From Balanoglossus misakiensis (lineage: Eukaryota; Animalia; Hemichordata), in the NCBI GenBank assembly GCA_040954595.2, contig CM082583.2, positions 8,914,254 through 8,978,253 of the forward strand: a DNA stretch of 64,000 bases, read 5' to 3'. The notes beneath the pieces are model-generated. The model ran no database searches. It was not told the origin of the DNA and saw nothing but the letters and a program-made list of their open reading frames with translations. Of the stretch, positions 25,725-38,200 are shown piece by piece. Position 1 is the first letter of the stretch; each line of letters opens with the position of its first letter. Both the position numbers and the translations under genes were made by a program.

Positions 25725-26648
25725 TCAAGCTCTCTTCGCCTTCCCTCTTTTCATTTCTTCCCACTGCTCGGCGGTGATGCCCCCTGCATGCCAACCTGGA
25801 CACTCGGTGCCAAGTAACCGGTCCCAGTGAGTGAAGAATGGTTGGAAGTTGGAGAGGGGTTTCAAGTGATGCATGTCGTGCTTGGGCGCCCCTCCCCACA
25901 GACCGAACGGGCACCAGTGGTTCAGCGCCCAGGGGAAATCGAAACCGATGTGCGCCTCGACGCTGATGATGGTGCTCACCATCATGAAGGCCCAGGTGGT
26001 GAACGGGTGGCTGCGGAATATCCACGGGGTGGTGGTGACGAACGCCCCGATGCTGAACAACTCCCACGGGTGCATGTACTGTGAGACCCAGCTGAACGGA
26101 GAGTGGTAACGGTGATGTACGGAGTGGACATGCTTGTACAGCCAACGATTCTTGTGATGATAGAAGTGCCAAAGAAAGTACTCTAGGTCGAAGATTAGTA
26201 GTCCGGCTGTGATCTGCCAGCAGAATTCCCAAAGCCCGGGGGCTTCAGGTGGGAGGGGGGTCGGTGGCGTGTATATCCACTGTCCGATACTGACGGGTAA
26301 TATGAAGACGATTTGATTCCAGAACGTAAGACCCAGAGTGTCGATGGCCTGTGAAACCGTGACTTTCTGCTTGGGCTGTAACTTGTATTTCTGAATCCAG
26401 TTCCAGTGGGTTCCGTAGAGATCGAACAACATGAACGGCAAACATGCTATAAAATAGAACGCGACGTTCAGAATGATCGGGAAAAGTGGCGACCTCAGCC
26501 AATCGTGGTCTACGTTATACAGAATGAAATCCCAAACAGGCTGTATTAGGGATTGTTTTGGCCACACTTCCATCAACTGTGCCACTAATGGATCGAGCTG
26601 CTTTGGAAGGGAAACGTTCATATTCTCCAAGACTGATAAAGACAGCAT
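25725..26648 (-). CDS. Cholesterol 25-hydroxylase-like protein, copy B, intronless tandem paralog
   Basis: Near-identical to copy A at an offset of 2965 nt; same His boxes; ATG at 26648 in the same context (CATCACCAAAG-ATG). Confidence 0.9.
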   Translation of the reverse strand: MLSLSVLENMNVSLPKQLDPLVAQLMEVWPKQSLIQPVWDFILYNVDHDWLRSPLFPIILNVAFYFIACLPFMLFDLYGTHWNWIQKYKLQPKQKVTVSQAIDTLGLTFWNQIVFILPVSIGQWIYTPPTPLPPEAPGLWEFCWQITAGLLIFDLEYFLWHFYHHKNRWLYKHVHSVHHRYHSPFSWVSQYMHPWELFSIGAFVTTTPWIFRSHPFTTWAFMMVSTIISVEAHIGFDFPWALNHWCPFGLWGGAPKHDMHHLKPLSNFQPFFTHWDRLLGTECPGWHAGGITAEQWEEMKRGKAKRA

Positions 26649-27375
26649 CTTTGGTGATGAAAGCTTTTGAAGCAACCATGCAACGCCGATCATAATATGC
26701 GACCTGGAAAGTGCGACTACGACCTTGTGAATGAAACTGGGACATGCGACGAGCCAATTGTCCTTGGAAACTGCCGCGACCAGTGCAGTGAGATGAGTTT
26801 GACTGCAGACGTTAATAACTGCGAGGTACCGCCTGCCCTCAATACCTGCCACAGATGGCGGGCTTACAAAACTAAAACTGACACGGTGATTGATGTTCTG
26901 CGAAACATATGTTGGCCATTTAATATAATTGTTATCTTGATATTCTATCAGGCAATATATTAAATATACATAATTAAAATCAAATTCCAGATTATTTAAA
27001 GCTTAATTTTTTATCCAGTTGCAGCTCATCAACACGGAATTGTGTACCACATGTAGAATAAACGAAAGGCGCTTGTCTACTTGTCTACCAAGAATAGTTG
27101 GCCTCTTTTTTTCATGGGGGACAAGACTAGGAACAAACGTGAGGTGCAGACTTTGTTGAAAATTTACAAGCTTCTTTATTTTTGGTATCGATGTAAAAAA
27201 TCAGATGCCTCGATCTTTACATTTGCTGACCTGTTCTCTTATAAATTATCATCATTCATGTGCACGTGCGATGTGGCAGGATGGATACTGGGCTAGCTGG
27301 CAATCACTGGAGGTTGGAGGGATGATGTCTCGATGTTCCCGTCACCAACACTCCGCTCTGCTTGTCACATTTTCG

Positions 27376-27615
27376 TCAGACCTGCTCTTGCTGTGAGATC
27401 CAATCGACACTGTCCTCAGTGTTCTGGAAGAAAAGAAGGATACACCGGGGATCAACACCGTCACTGCCACCTGTAGCTGTGCCATGGTACATTCGGTTTA
27501 TCATAGTAGCGGGGTTTATTTTCACACTAAGTTTTTTTCTATTGTGCTACCGTGTGTTGTTCATATGCGTGAGTGCAAAATAATGCATGTGCAACTGCCA
27601 ATACACACAAGCAGG

Positions 27616-27711
<96 letters not shown>

Positions 27712-28111
27712 TTTATCACTTGGGGAGTACGTGGTTATACTCATAGCTATGTTGGTCTGTCTTTGTTTTTCCGCCAATGATAAAAAAAGTCACATAAACG
27801 ATCATGACACTTTTCACACGTACCTGGTCGCTAGTGTTACTACTTGGCCCGTCAATGAATACTGTGGCGCGGTGCTGTTGAATGTTTTTCATCAGTGAAC
27901 AGAAGCAAAACACAAAGCCGCAAACAAGAGCCAATAAAACAGCGACGTAGACGATCGAATGCGAGTACGAGAGGAACGCTACCTCGGGGTCGTAGGAAGC
28001 CCGTCGGTGCCAGTTGCTCGCGTCGACGTCGTCCAGAAAGGCGGCCGTTGCCGACGTGAGGTTGCTGTCTTCGCCGACGGTGTTGTTCCTTTCACCTGGA
28101 ATCATGTTCAT
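27376..28111 (-). CDS. Hypothetical small single-pass membrane protein (~111 aa, two exons)
   Basis: Exon 28111-27824 (MNMIPGERNNTVGEDSNLTS...IVYVAVLLALVCGFVFCFCSLMK...SDQ) ends at donor GTACGT. A strong acceptor TCCTTCTTTTCTTCCAG precedes exon 27423-27376 (NTEDSVDWISQQEQV*). Sequence is CpG/GC-rich like the neighbouring CDSs and has one hydrophobic helix. Confidence 0.5.
27619..27708. repeat. (CAT)n microsatellite, ~30 units, inside the putative intron of the small membrane protein gene
   Basis: Direct reading. Confidence 0.97.
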
Positions 28112-28736
28112 CTTCTGGTGAGAAGTTTTAAACCGAGAAACCAGCCACAGTGGAGGGAAATTAATCGAAGAAAAAAATATCTCGCTGAAGTTGATTTGAA
28201 ATAGGCGTTTCGTTCCTGTCAGAAGCGTATAGGAGGAATGGAATATTTTGCTATTATGAAAAGGGTGGAAATAGAGAGAAGATTTCACTTTAGGCCTAAT
28301 GATGTCATTATATCGCAGCGAATCAGAAGGCGCTTTGTTGGTAACCTTGAATGAACAATAGGCAGGCGAGAAATGTCAAAGATTGACTACTGGTATCTGT
28401 CAGTTAGTCAGTCAGTCAATCAATCAATCAATCGATCGATCGACGGATTGATAGATACATACATAAGAACGCACACTCATGTATGTGGAGGTGCATGTAG
28501 GCTGATAGCCTATGTCTATCCTTCGATAAACTAGGCCTATGGCTCACAATTCAGGAGTGTATAAATAATGATACTTTTCTTGATATAGCATTTTTCATGT
28601 TTCCGGTGGTGAATTGGGCGTCATTTTTGTGAGTTGAAAATGTGTGTGTTCTAGTAAGTACTGTAGCTTGCATCATTTAAAGTAAATTGTAGGGATATAT
28701 AGTATAGAGGTTGGGTAGGCTTGAAGTCCAAGGCAT

Positions 28737-28739
<3 letters not shown>

Positions 28740-28770
<31 letters not shown>
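28740..28770. repeat. (GT)n microsatellite
   Basis: Direct reading; similar CA/GT tracts at ~32920-32952, 43080-43108 and 53031-53060. Confidence 0.9.
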
Positions 28771-28774
<4 letters not shown>

Positions 28775-28989
28775 TCTGGCTTTCATTTTACATTTTGTCT
28801 TAGACTTTATTCAAACAAGCATACATTTTAACTTTTTAGCTATGTTGGCATTTACTACATGTATGTATTCGTAAACAAAAAACAACAACAAACAAACAAG
28901 CAATCAACATGTATACTGAATAACTGACCAAAGACTTGTACTTTAATACACAAACTTTTCCACGTGCTTCGTTTTTTCGTGTTGTTCTT

Positions 28990-29160
28990 CGGGCAGCAGA
29001 GGGCGCCATTTACTCAAGTTGAGTTTGTTTAAGGTCAACCCAATCGGTACGCATTGACCGTAAAATCCCTTTTGATTGGTTCAAGTGTTAAGTCGTAACC
29101 AATCAAACAACACGACACAAATATTTCGTGACCTTTCAGTCAGACAAAATGGCGGACAGT
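28990..29160 (+). promoter_or_regulatory. SMG5 promoter: three CCAAT boxes and a YY1-like motif
   Basis: CCAAT at ~29040, ATTGG at ~29075, CCAAT at ~29099, and CAAAATGGCGG at 29145-29155. Confidence 0.55.
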
Positions 29161-29273
29161 TTAGCCGAATGAGGATTGTGAAACTGGGAGAAACTTTAGA
29201 TTTCGTTGCTGTCAAATTACCATAGTATATTGAGCCGAAAATGTGACAGTCTTGAAAATCCAAGACACAAAGA

Positions 29274-32200
29274 ATGAGCAAGAGTGACCCGAAGCCACCT
29301 GTCAAAGCAGATGTGGAGAAATTACAGCTAACGAAACGGACCTATCGGTATGTTTACCTTTTACATGTACATTTCAAGCCATGTGATGATGCCCCCGTAC
29401 GTAGTTTGCCTTTTGTAAAACGACCTGTCCTCTGGCCAGGCCGTGGTGACTACTCTGCAGGATCATCAACACATTGCCAGAAAGTAAAATTAAAGCCCAA
29501 GATGACACAACGCCTGTTCCAGAATGATGAGCCTTAACAGTATAAAACACCGCTGCAATGAGTACACTCAGCACAATGTTATGTGCATGTACATGTACCC
29601 ATCCCCATGCGAGGTATTATATTGTTAATTATTCAGAAAATATAGCCATGTATGGACGAGGGCAACTATGAAGGCGTGTGTAATGTATCATTTGGCCTTG
29701 AACTATTGGGAAAAGTGCAGAGGTTGTGGGATCAGACAGTGTTGACCGGGGATTGAGAAAAAATATAGCATCAACATTGTTAACAAATGGAGTCTTCACA
29801 GTAGACAAGGGCCAAAATGACTAAAACATAGTCATGTGTCTGTTGTAATATGTGATCGAGAATGGACGGTTAATGTAATCATAAGCGATGTTGATGTAAA
29901 AACATGGACAGATCTTTACACCACACCTTGGATATTATGTTTTACTGAGTGAGCTGAGCTGCAGGGCACAGCTGCCCCAGGTCACAGGAAAACCCCATAA
30001 CTGAGTTGACAACAGATCTGCTGCACAGGAAGTTGATTGGGCACTAACACAGACGGCCTTGCAGCTGTAGTGCTGCAAACACCAGTCAAACTAGCAGCAC
30101 CGGGTACAACTATTGCAGCTACCAGGAAGCCAGCCCAGTCCAGGCTCAAAACACAAGGCTACTCACCTGGGGTTACACTGTGCCATTTATCCATAACTAA
30201 TAGCTCATTGCCAGTCTGAACTTGGGTTGTGCAACCCAAGTTCAGACAATGCATACTGTGTGGGTCCACCAAAACACAAGCCCAGCGGGGCACATTGCTG
30301 GTCTCAGTAAGTCTGAGCTCCCCACTGCATACAGCAAGCCACTGAGCGAATCCACCAAAAAAAACCTTGCCATACATGTGCATAAGATCCAGTCTGTGGT
30401 GTAAATGACTGGTTTTCTTGTTTTCCCCACCAATCCAGGGTCAAACACTGCAGATTTGTCCCACAACCCGGCACAACTTCCAAGATGGCAGGTCTTTAGG
30501 TCCAACTGCTAACAAGTTAGAAACTCAACTGACTTGATAAATGGTCATTTCATTGGTTGTGCCTTTGCAGGTCACATGACATACTGCTAGAATTTGATCA
30601 CACAGTGAATAGAAGCACTTGGCCATTGGGCCATATTGACAAATTTACAGCTTTGTAGTTTACATCATGCAAATGAAGCAGATGTCACACTTGCCGTTCT
30701 TTGACATTGTACTGTTGGGCCATTTTATTGAAGTCCAGACACACTAGGCTCCTCTGGGTTAGGTTGGCAAAATTACAGAGTGCTACTTTGATATTTCAAT
30801 CAGTCTGTTTTCACTGTTCCTGACAATGTGTACAATGGATAAATAAATCCAACTGCTGTATTAGTATAAGCATGCTTGCTTGTTTTACCCCTCTTGGGAG
30901 ATCCAGTGGCCACACCTTTTATAAAGTGGTCTGATCTAATGGGTGGAGCCAGTGTGTGGAGGGGAAGGCCAAGTCTCAGGCAGGGTTGACAAAATTTACA
31001 TATTCATTAATCAGTGTTAATGAGGAGCTTGCTTTGGGTGATAATGAGTTGTTTTGGATTCTCCTCTTGTCTTGGGATGGGGCACAAGACTACATGTACA
31101 GCACAGTACAGATCACTTGGGGTCCAGTTTGGCCAGATGTTAGCTGATTGGCACTATTGCTTGTGCAAGACCTGTACTGTCAGCGTTTTGCAAAGTGTGG
31201 AGAACAGTGACAATTTATAATATTATAACCACAGAAACATATCTGCTACATGTTTATATAAATACAATGTACATGCCACAAAGGGAATCCTTGTAAAACA
31301 AGTGGGGAACCACAATATCATTTACCGGGAACTGCTCTTAATAAAAATAGCTGCTGGTGCAGCCTGAGCTATTAATTGTCTGTATTTTTGTATGCTGTCA
31401 CCCTGCCTGGCCAAACTTTTGGCAAGGAAGGAATGAGTCATCTTTCTTTGTATTTCTACATCTTGCAATTAAACTACATGAAAAAATTGGTGTTGGTGTT
31501 TTTTGGAAGCTCAAAAAAAATATTTTGCTCAGCCATATACTGGTGTTATACAAGTGAGCTGTTTAATGACACTCTCATTTTCATATTGACAAGCCTGTCA
31601 TTTCTTCTACCCAGTTAGAAAAAACGTGATCACCAGTAATCTCGATCATCACCTGAGACCACATCACAACTCATTTCCTGTAGCGATGGAAACCAGACAA
31701 CAAACACATTGGAGCAATCTTTGTCTTTTCATTAGGGAAAACCATGAAAAGCAATTAAGCCCTGGTGAATTCAGCCTACGTTGTTTGCTGAATTTTGTAA
31801 ATTCACACCTTGGGTGAAATGTTTTCCATCAGTTCCAGCATCACAGCACATGGCAGTTGCTATCTTTTGCAGGATTCAAAACATGCACTTCCACACATTC
31901 TCAAAAACTCACCCGGTACTATTCCAATGCTTTTGTACATTTTCAAAATCAGGTTAACTCTTAATTTTTACATTTTGTATAAATCTCTGAGGTGAATAAA
32001 GCATTCATTCCTGAAAAAATTCAGTATTACTGTTTTTATTTGAGATCTCACCATAAGATGCTCATTTGTGTGTGTGTGTGTGTGTATTTCACGGGCAAGT
32101 GGCCTTATATGACGTACGGAATAAAAACAAATTACATCCATTCAAGTCACATTTTGTTGTTGTCCGATAGGTCCATACTAGATACCATCAAAAGACTTGA

Positions 32201-35200
32201 AGGTGGAGGAGGACTCAAAGGCAAGAATGCTTACAGAGATGCATTCCAACCTGAGAACATTGCGCTTAGAAACAGGTATGGAATCGGTCAGATTCACTTG
32301 TTCTTCAAGATAAAGATTCCAGATATAAACAATAGAAAAACAAAGGATAAGATGTGCATCATGCCCCTTTAATTAATTATGCCTGATATACTTCAGAGTG
32401 AAGTTAAATACTTCTGCAGCATATGGTGACAGGTATCTCAATATTTTCTGACTACTCCCTGCTTTATACAGGTTGAAGGAACTTTGTGAGAAAATGATGT
32501 TCCTGAACCCAGAAAGCTATGGCAGAAAGGCTGAGGAACTACTGTGGAGGAAAGTGTTCTATGATGTCATTCAAGTTGTCAAACAAAACAGAAAGGTAAA
32601 GAAAAAAGATGAGATAGATATCTGGTTGCCGTTGTGTGTTTTCGTCCAAACTGTTGAACGTCAAAGTGCAGAGGTTGGAAATTGAAAGTTTTCCTCTGTG
32701 TGTTCTCTAGACTAATTTGGTAGCTTCAATTCTCTCGAGCTTCCCTTTGCCGCTGTTATCGACGTTCTGAGCCCATTAGTGGTCATCCGTTAACCTTGGT
32801 AGGAGGGCATTTCAAGCTAATGAGCTGTTGACAGCCTGAACGCAATCTTTTATGCAGCTTTGCTTTGACCGGATCCAATTAGGCAGGAATAGGAATTGTT
32901 TATTAAATGTCAGGCACACCCACACACACACAAACACACACACACACACACACTTCAAAGAAATTTAACTTCACTCAGCATTGGACAAAATCACCTTGAA
33001 TTTTCACGCTTCATTCCATAAATATTGTACAATAAAAACAACAAAACAGGTATTTTCTTGTCAACAAATTTCTCTCAGTGATGAATGAGGGTTCATTATT
33101 TGAATTAGCTTTTTTTTAAAAAGAAAAACATCAATCTTTCATGAAGTGATAATCCAGAAAAAGAGTAGGAACATGTAATGCAAAATGAAATATACTTTTT
33201 TGTCTGTTTACAAGCTCCTGTTTTGAATGAGATATCACATTTGAGAAAAAACATCAACTCCTGAAGTTGAATGAATTTTTTTAATGACTTCATACCAACA
33301 AATGAGGTATTCGGATCCAACTTCAAATTTCCAAGTAATAAAAAGTAACCACACCATAGTAGAGTTTGAGACTTGATTTGGACTAACATTTTCTTGCGTT
33401 TGACAGCATTTCAGGCCTGGGAGTTCTCTGGAGTGCGCCTATCGCACACATCTGCTCTGCGGTGTTGGTTACTTTCATCATCTGATAAACAAGCTACAGC
33501 TGGAGTTTGACTTGGACGTGGAAAATACGATAGACTGGACCACAGTACCCGACACACAGACACATTCAGGTAAAAATCCCTGCACTGCAGTTTCCCTGTG
33601 TTGTTGGTTCAACCAGACCACACAGTATAGTTTAATCTCACTTTATTTTCGGTTTGGGTTGGAACATAAATGTCTTTGTGGAGCCCATATCTTGGGTGCC
33701 AGTATGTTTTGAATTCAAAGCTTTTTTACGAGATCTGACATCAGCAGTTTTGTTAATCCTGTTGTGTTTTTTTTTTTCATTCCACAGATAAAAAAGATGC
33801 CAAGAAGCTGTATGAACCGTTAGCCAAGGGATGGGCAGTGAACGCTTGCCACCATTGCCTAGTTTATCTAGGTGATTTAGGTAATCCCTTGATTTCTTAT
33901 ATAGCACTTTACAATAAAGTACGAAAAAGCGACATCGGTAAAAGTGAATGTCTACGAACACGTAAACGCTTTTACATCACGTGTGAAGGAGGCTGTGAAA
34001 AGATGTCCAGTATAGACAAGTTTGTCAGTTTATGCAAGGATCATTTTTTGACCAGAAGTGTGTGCTTGTGTCCTGTTTGTGTCCGAGTGTAGCTCGCTAT
34101 CAACAAGACCTGGATGGTTATCGGAATATCACCTTGGCCGAACGCTACTACCACCAAGCCTTAGCCTGGGACGCGGACATGGGCATGCCTCACAACCAGC
34201 TGGGCACTCTGTCTGGGAGCAGACATCAGAACTGCGATGCAGCGTACCACTACATGAGATGGTAGGTTAGGTTACAGCAGTGTTCATGGGTAGGAAGTTT
34301 TGTGATGACGCAGTGGTGACCCACTCAGTTTGCTCAATTCCCCCGCAATCTCCACCACTAACTGCAGTACTGTGCAATTTGCTACGCAAGAAAATCTGTT
34401 ACACACTGTCTAGCGCCAACACTAAATTCATCTACTGTGTGTATTCTCAATTCACAGCCTGATGACTTCCAGTCCGTTCGAAGGTGCCCTAGCAAACCTC
34501 AACAGACTCTTTGAAAAGAACAGAAAGAAATACAGAGAATTGCCAGACAATGATCCCAGAGACTTGCCACCAGACATGCAGAGGTAAGTTTTTGTGAGTC
34601 GAAGTTTCTGGGTGGAGAAAATCTTTCCGAGTTCCTGTGCGTGCTCCTTCTGTTTGTAAACTTATGAATTAAAGGGACACAGTCTCTCTCTTTGGCTGCC
34701 CCTTTGCCATTAATTATGTTTGATACAAGACATGTGGATATATAGTGAATCAACGTTCAACCACGCACACCCTACGGAATATATCGTCTATGCATGCGTT
34801 ATGCTGTGCACAAATTCACATCTTGTTAGCTCACTAATGTTTGCTATAAATCTCTTCACACCGTTCCCCCCCAGACCCAAAGACATCAAGAAGTTCTTGA
34901 TAGAGTTCATGTATTTAGTGGGCATTCTACAACCGGACTCGACACCGACCACCGCCGAAATAGCCGACGTCTGCCAGATTGTTCTCCACGACTTCAATCT
35001 GTGCATGTACTACACCCAAGCCAACGGAGACCAGCCCGTCTTGCCGACCATCCGTGGGGCGGAGGATGACAAGGAGCAGTATATTCCGGATGATGTAGTC
35101 TTCAAACTTGTGGTGATCTGTTTGATCACCATACACAGACTGAAAGAGAAAGGTGGGTTGGAGTTTTGGCGGTTGTGGATTTGATTCTCGAGGTACTCCA

Positions 35201-38200
35201 TGTGGACAGTCATGCAGGCTTGGACCAAACTTTGATGTCCACAGCACGTAAAACTTTCCCCACCATGGTTTGACCCTAATCCATTATTTTCTGTGGTAAA
35301 GTTTGATCTCTGCAGAGGGGTCTGGGGGTGAAAAGACTTCAATACACTGTCTACAGAGGAGGACTATCAGTAGGCTCTTTTAGTTTGACTACAATCTTTG
35401 CTATACCTGGTTTTAATTACTTTTTTTAACCCTTTCACCCCCAGTTCCCTCTATAAAGGTCCAACTTTACCATAGAAAACAATAGTGTTGGACCGAACCA
35501 TGGTGGTGAAAGGGTTAATTAATCAGAACTTTCTCTCCCTCTTTTTCCCCTGCAGGTTCTCAGCAGGAGTCGGCTTCCATCGCTTTCACACTTGCCCTCT
35601 TCTCACACTTGTTGAATCATCTGAACTCACGCATTGAAACAACTCTGTACGACGTGGAACACCCCAACTCTCTGATTGAACACCAGGAAAGAGAAGATTT
35701 AGGTAAATGCAGTTTCAATCACCTTCTTGGTTTTATTTGTTTTAACCAGACATATTTGTTTTCAGTTTAACGCTTTCATCACCATTGTTTTTTGTGGTAA
35801 AGGTGGATCTCTATACAAAGAAATGGGGTTTAAAGGGTTAAAAGAAACTACATGTAATTCCACTATAATTTTCATTTTAAACTGGCCAATCATTGTGGGA
35901 AGGCATGATTGACACTGTCAAAACCAAGTCATCATACACGTTAGAAAAAACTGCAAGTCTATATCGTCTCACCTCATCAATATAAACCCATCAATAGCCA
36001 ATTTCTAAAACAGAAGTTACCAAGCTACTTACCTCTTCAGCACAAGTAGACGAAGCAGTCAGCGACAAGGAGGCTGGACGTGACGAGGATGACCAGCTGA
36101 CCCCCCAGAGTACAGACACCATCACGCCCGGCCTCAGCCAAGACGCCGTCTACGCCAACAGCCGGGAACGGAACAACCAGAAGAAGAAGTCCAAGCAGAG
36201 GGCCGTTCACATGATGCGGCGGAGGAGGCGGGGCAACCACAGCGACGATGACCTGAGCGAGGGGGAGGAGGACTCCGAGGACAGTCCCTCGGATTTCAGC
36301 GATGATTCCGACAGCGATCTGTCGGAGGACGGGGTTCTTGTGTCGGACTCGGACAGCGAGGAGGATTCTCTCATGGAGAGTCAGGAGCTCTCCTCGGGAT
36401 TCGCCGCGGCCCACGACCGATCGGAATCCGGAACGCCCAGACGACCTGGATCGGGCTCCCCGACGGACGCGGACAGACTCACCCCTGAAATGAAGAACGG
36501 AAACAACGTGTCGCTGGCCAACTGTCTGAAAGACATGTCCAATCAGCTCTTTGCCCAGAATCCGAGTTCGAGCTTCCTGAGAAGGAACATACGGCTGGCT
36601 CCCACGTTTGATGCGTACGCGGTCGACAGGGCCCAGGCGGAGTTGCAGAGTGATGGAAATGATACCAAATCCTGTGCCAATAACGCTGACGACAAAACCA
36701 CCAAAGTCATCACAGACAACACAGAACAGGACGAGGAAGAAAAACTGGGTGAGTGTGTCAAAGTTTATTTTGAAAAATGCAGCAGCCATTGCAATGTTTT
36801 TTAGTTGTTCAGTGGTGCGCCTGCTCTGAAAAAGAACACTGTACATTGGCTACTGCCGTATTCTTTGCGCCCAACACACCAACAAAAGTGAGACATACAG
36901 TAGCAATGCATAAGGAAATGTCTTGTAGTCTTCATGTGTTTGAAATTGATTTGTTTGAAATAAATTTTGTTCATCTGTTCTAATCAACAAGGCCGAGTCT
37001 ATGCAGTGTACTCCTCAAGACGTTTAGAGAAAACAATAGAAATGTATCATCATAACTATTGGTTATATTGTGACGCAAATTAGCCAATACTCTATCAGAA
37101 ATTCCTCGCGAGAACACTGCTGATGAAACGACTGTATTTCCACAGAACCAGAAGCAGAGAATGCCGGTGATGAAGGACAAAACAAGGAGGACGGTGTCAC
37201 AAAATTGATATCTGTGCTGCAAGAACAATCGCTCATGATGTCTGTGAAAGTGTTTGCTGACTGGCTGGTGGCCAATCCGTACATTGTCGAGACGTGTGCT
37301 CAGGTGAGATGAGAGTCTGTAACACAATTCATGATGGGAAACAGTACACACTCTTATATTATATGGATGTAACAACCACAGAGTGACTACAAGGGTGTGT
37401 ATAGGGTTGTTGTATCAGCACCGCAAAGATAAACAAAACTGGTGAAATTTCTGACGTTACGAGCATGACATTTTCCTTGCAGAGTTCCCAGTTGTTATGG
37501 TCCAGACTTTCGGTATTTTTAAACCACCTTCCGAAAGAGACCCAGATCAACAATGATGGTGAGTCAAAGTGGTAAATTTGCTCTATTCATTTTCTAACAA
37601 AATCAATGCTGAAATTCTGGGAAATTTGTGTAAATAGAAAATGGATAGTTTTCAGTGCCTTTATGGAAGAAGGTGAAATAAGGTTTGTCAGTCTTATGAA
37701 TGAGTAATTGAAAATTCCTTCACACATGACAATTTTTAGGTAAAATATTTGTAGATTTTTCTGAATTGCATTTGTTTTCATGGATACAACTTAGAATAAC
37801 CTAGTTCTCTGACTGCAATGTGTGGTAACAAGAGCAGGTTTAGTTTGAAGTTGCTGCAACAGACAAAGTTCTAATTCACACAGAGCTGTGCCAGTCGCCA
37901 GCCGCCCTGGGAATCATCAACAGTGCCATTCAGTACAACGACTGGCAACAGACCATCGCTCTGACCGAAGACTATGCCGTCTACAAACTGCCACCACTGA
38001 GAGAGTCCCAAAAACACTGGCAGTCCAACCTGAGTGAACAGATGGTTCTAGCACAGCCTGAAGAGGTGGGTTTGTTTGCTGCCGTTGACGTTTTTTTTTA
38101 GGGGGGGGGGGGGGCGCGCACTCTCGTTTTATTTTGTGTCTGTCACACTCACACCTAAAAAAATGTTTTAAAAGACATTGACAATTTTCCCTCTGTTGTC

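Noticed and set aside
22749-26232. Overlapping alternative-frame and antisense ORFs in the CH25H genes
   Set aside because: They are shadows of a GC-rich CDS and are duplicated only because the CDS is.
29900-30520. Possible poison exon in SMG5 intron 1 (locally GC-richer, several short ORFs)
   Set aside because: No convincing acceptor/donor pair could be defined by eye; it cannot be supported without transcript data.
36037-36846. 269-aa antisense ORF
   Set aside because: It is the antisense shadow of the GC-rich, low-complexity SMG5 exon 10.
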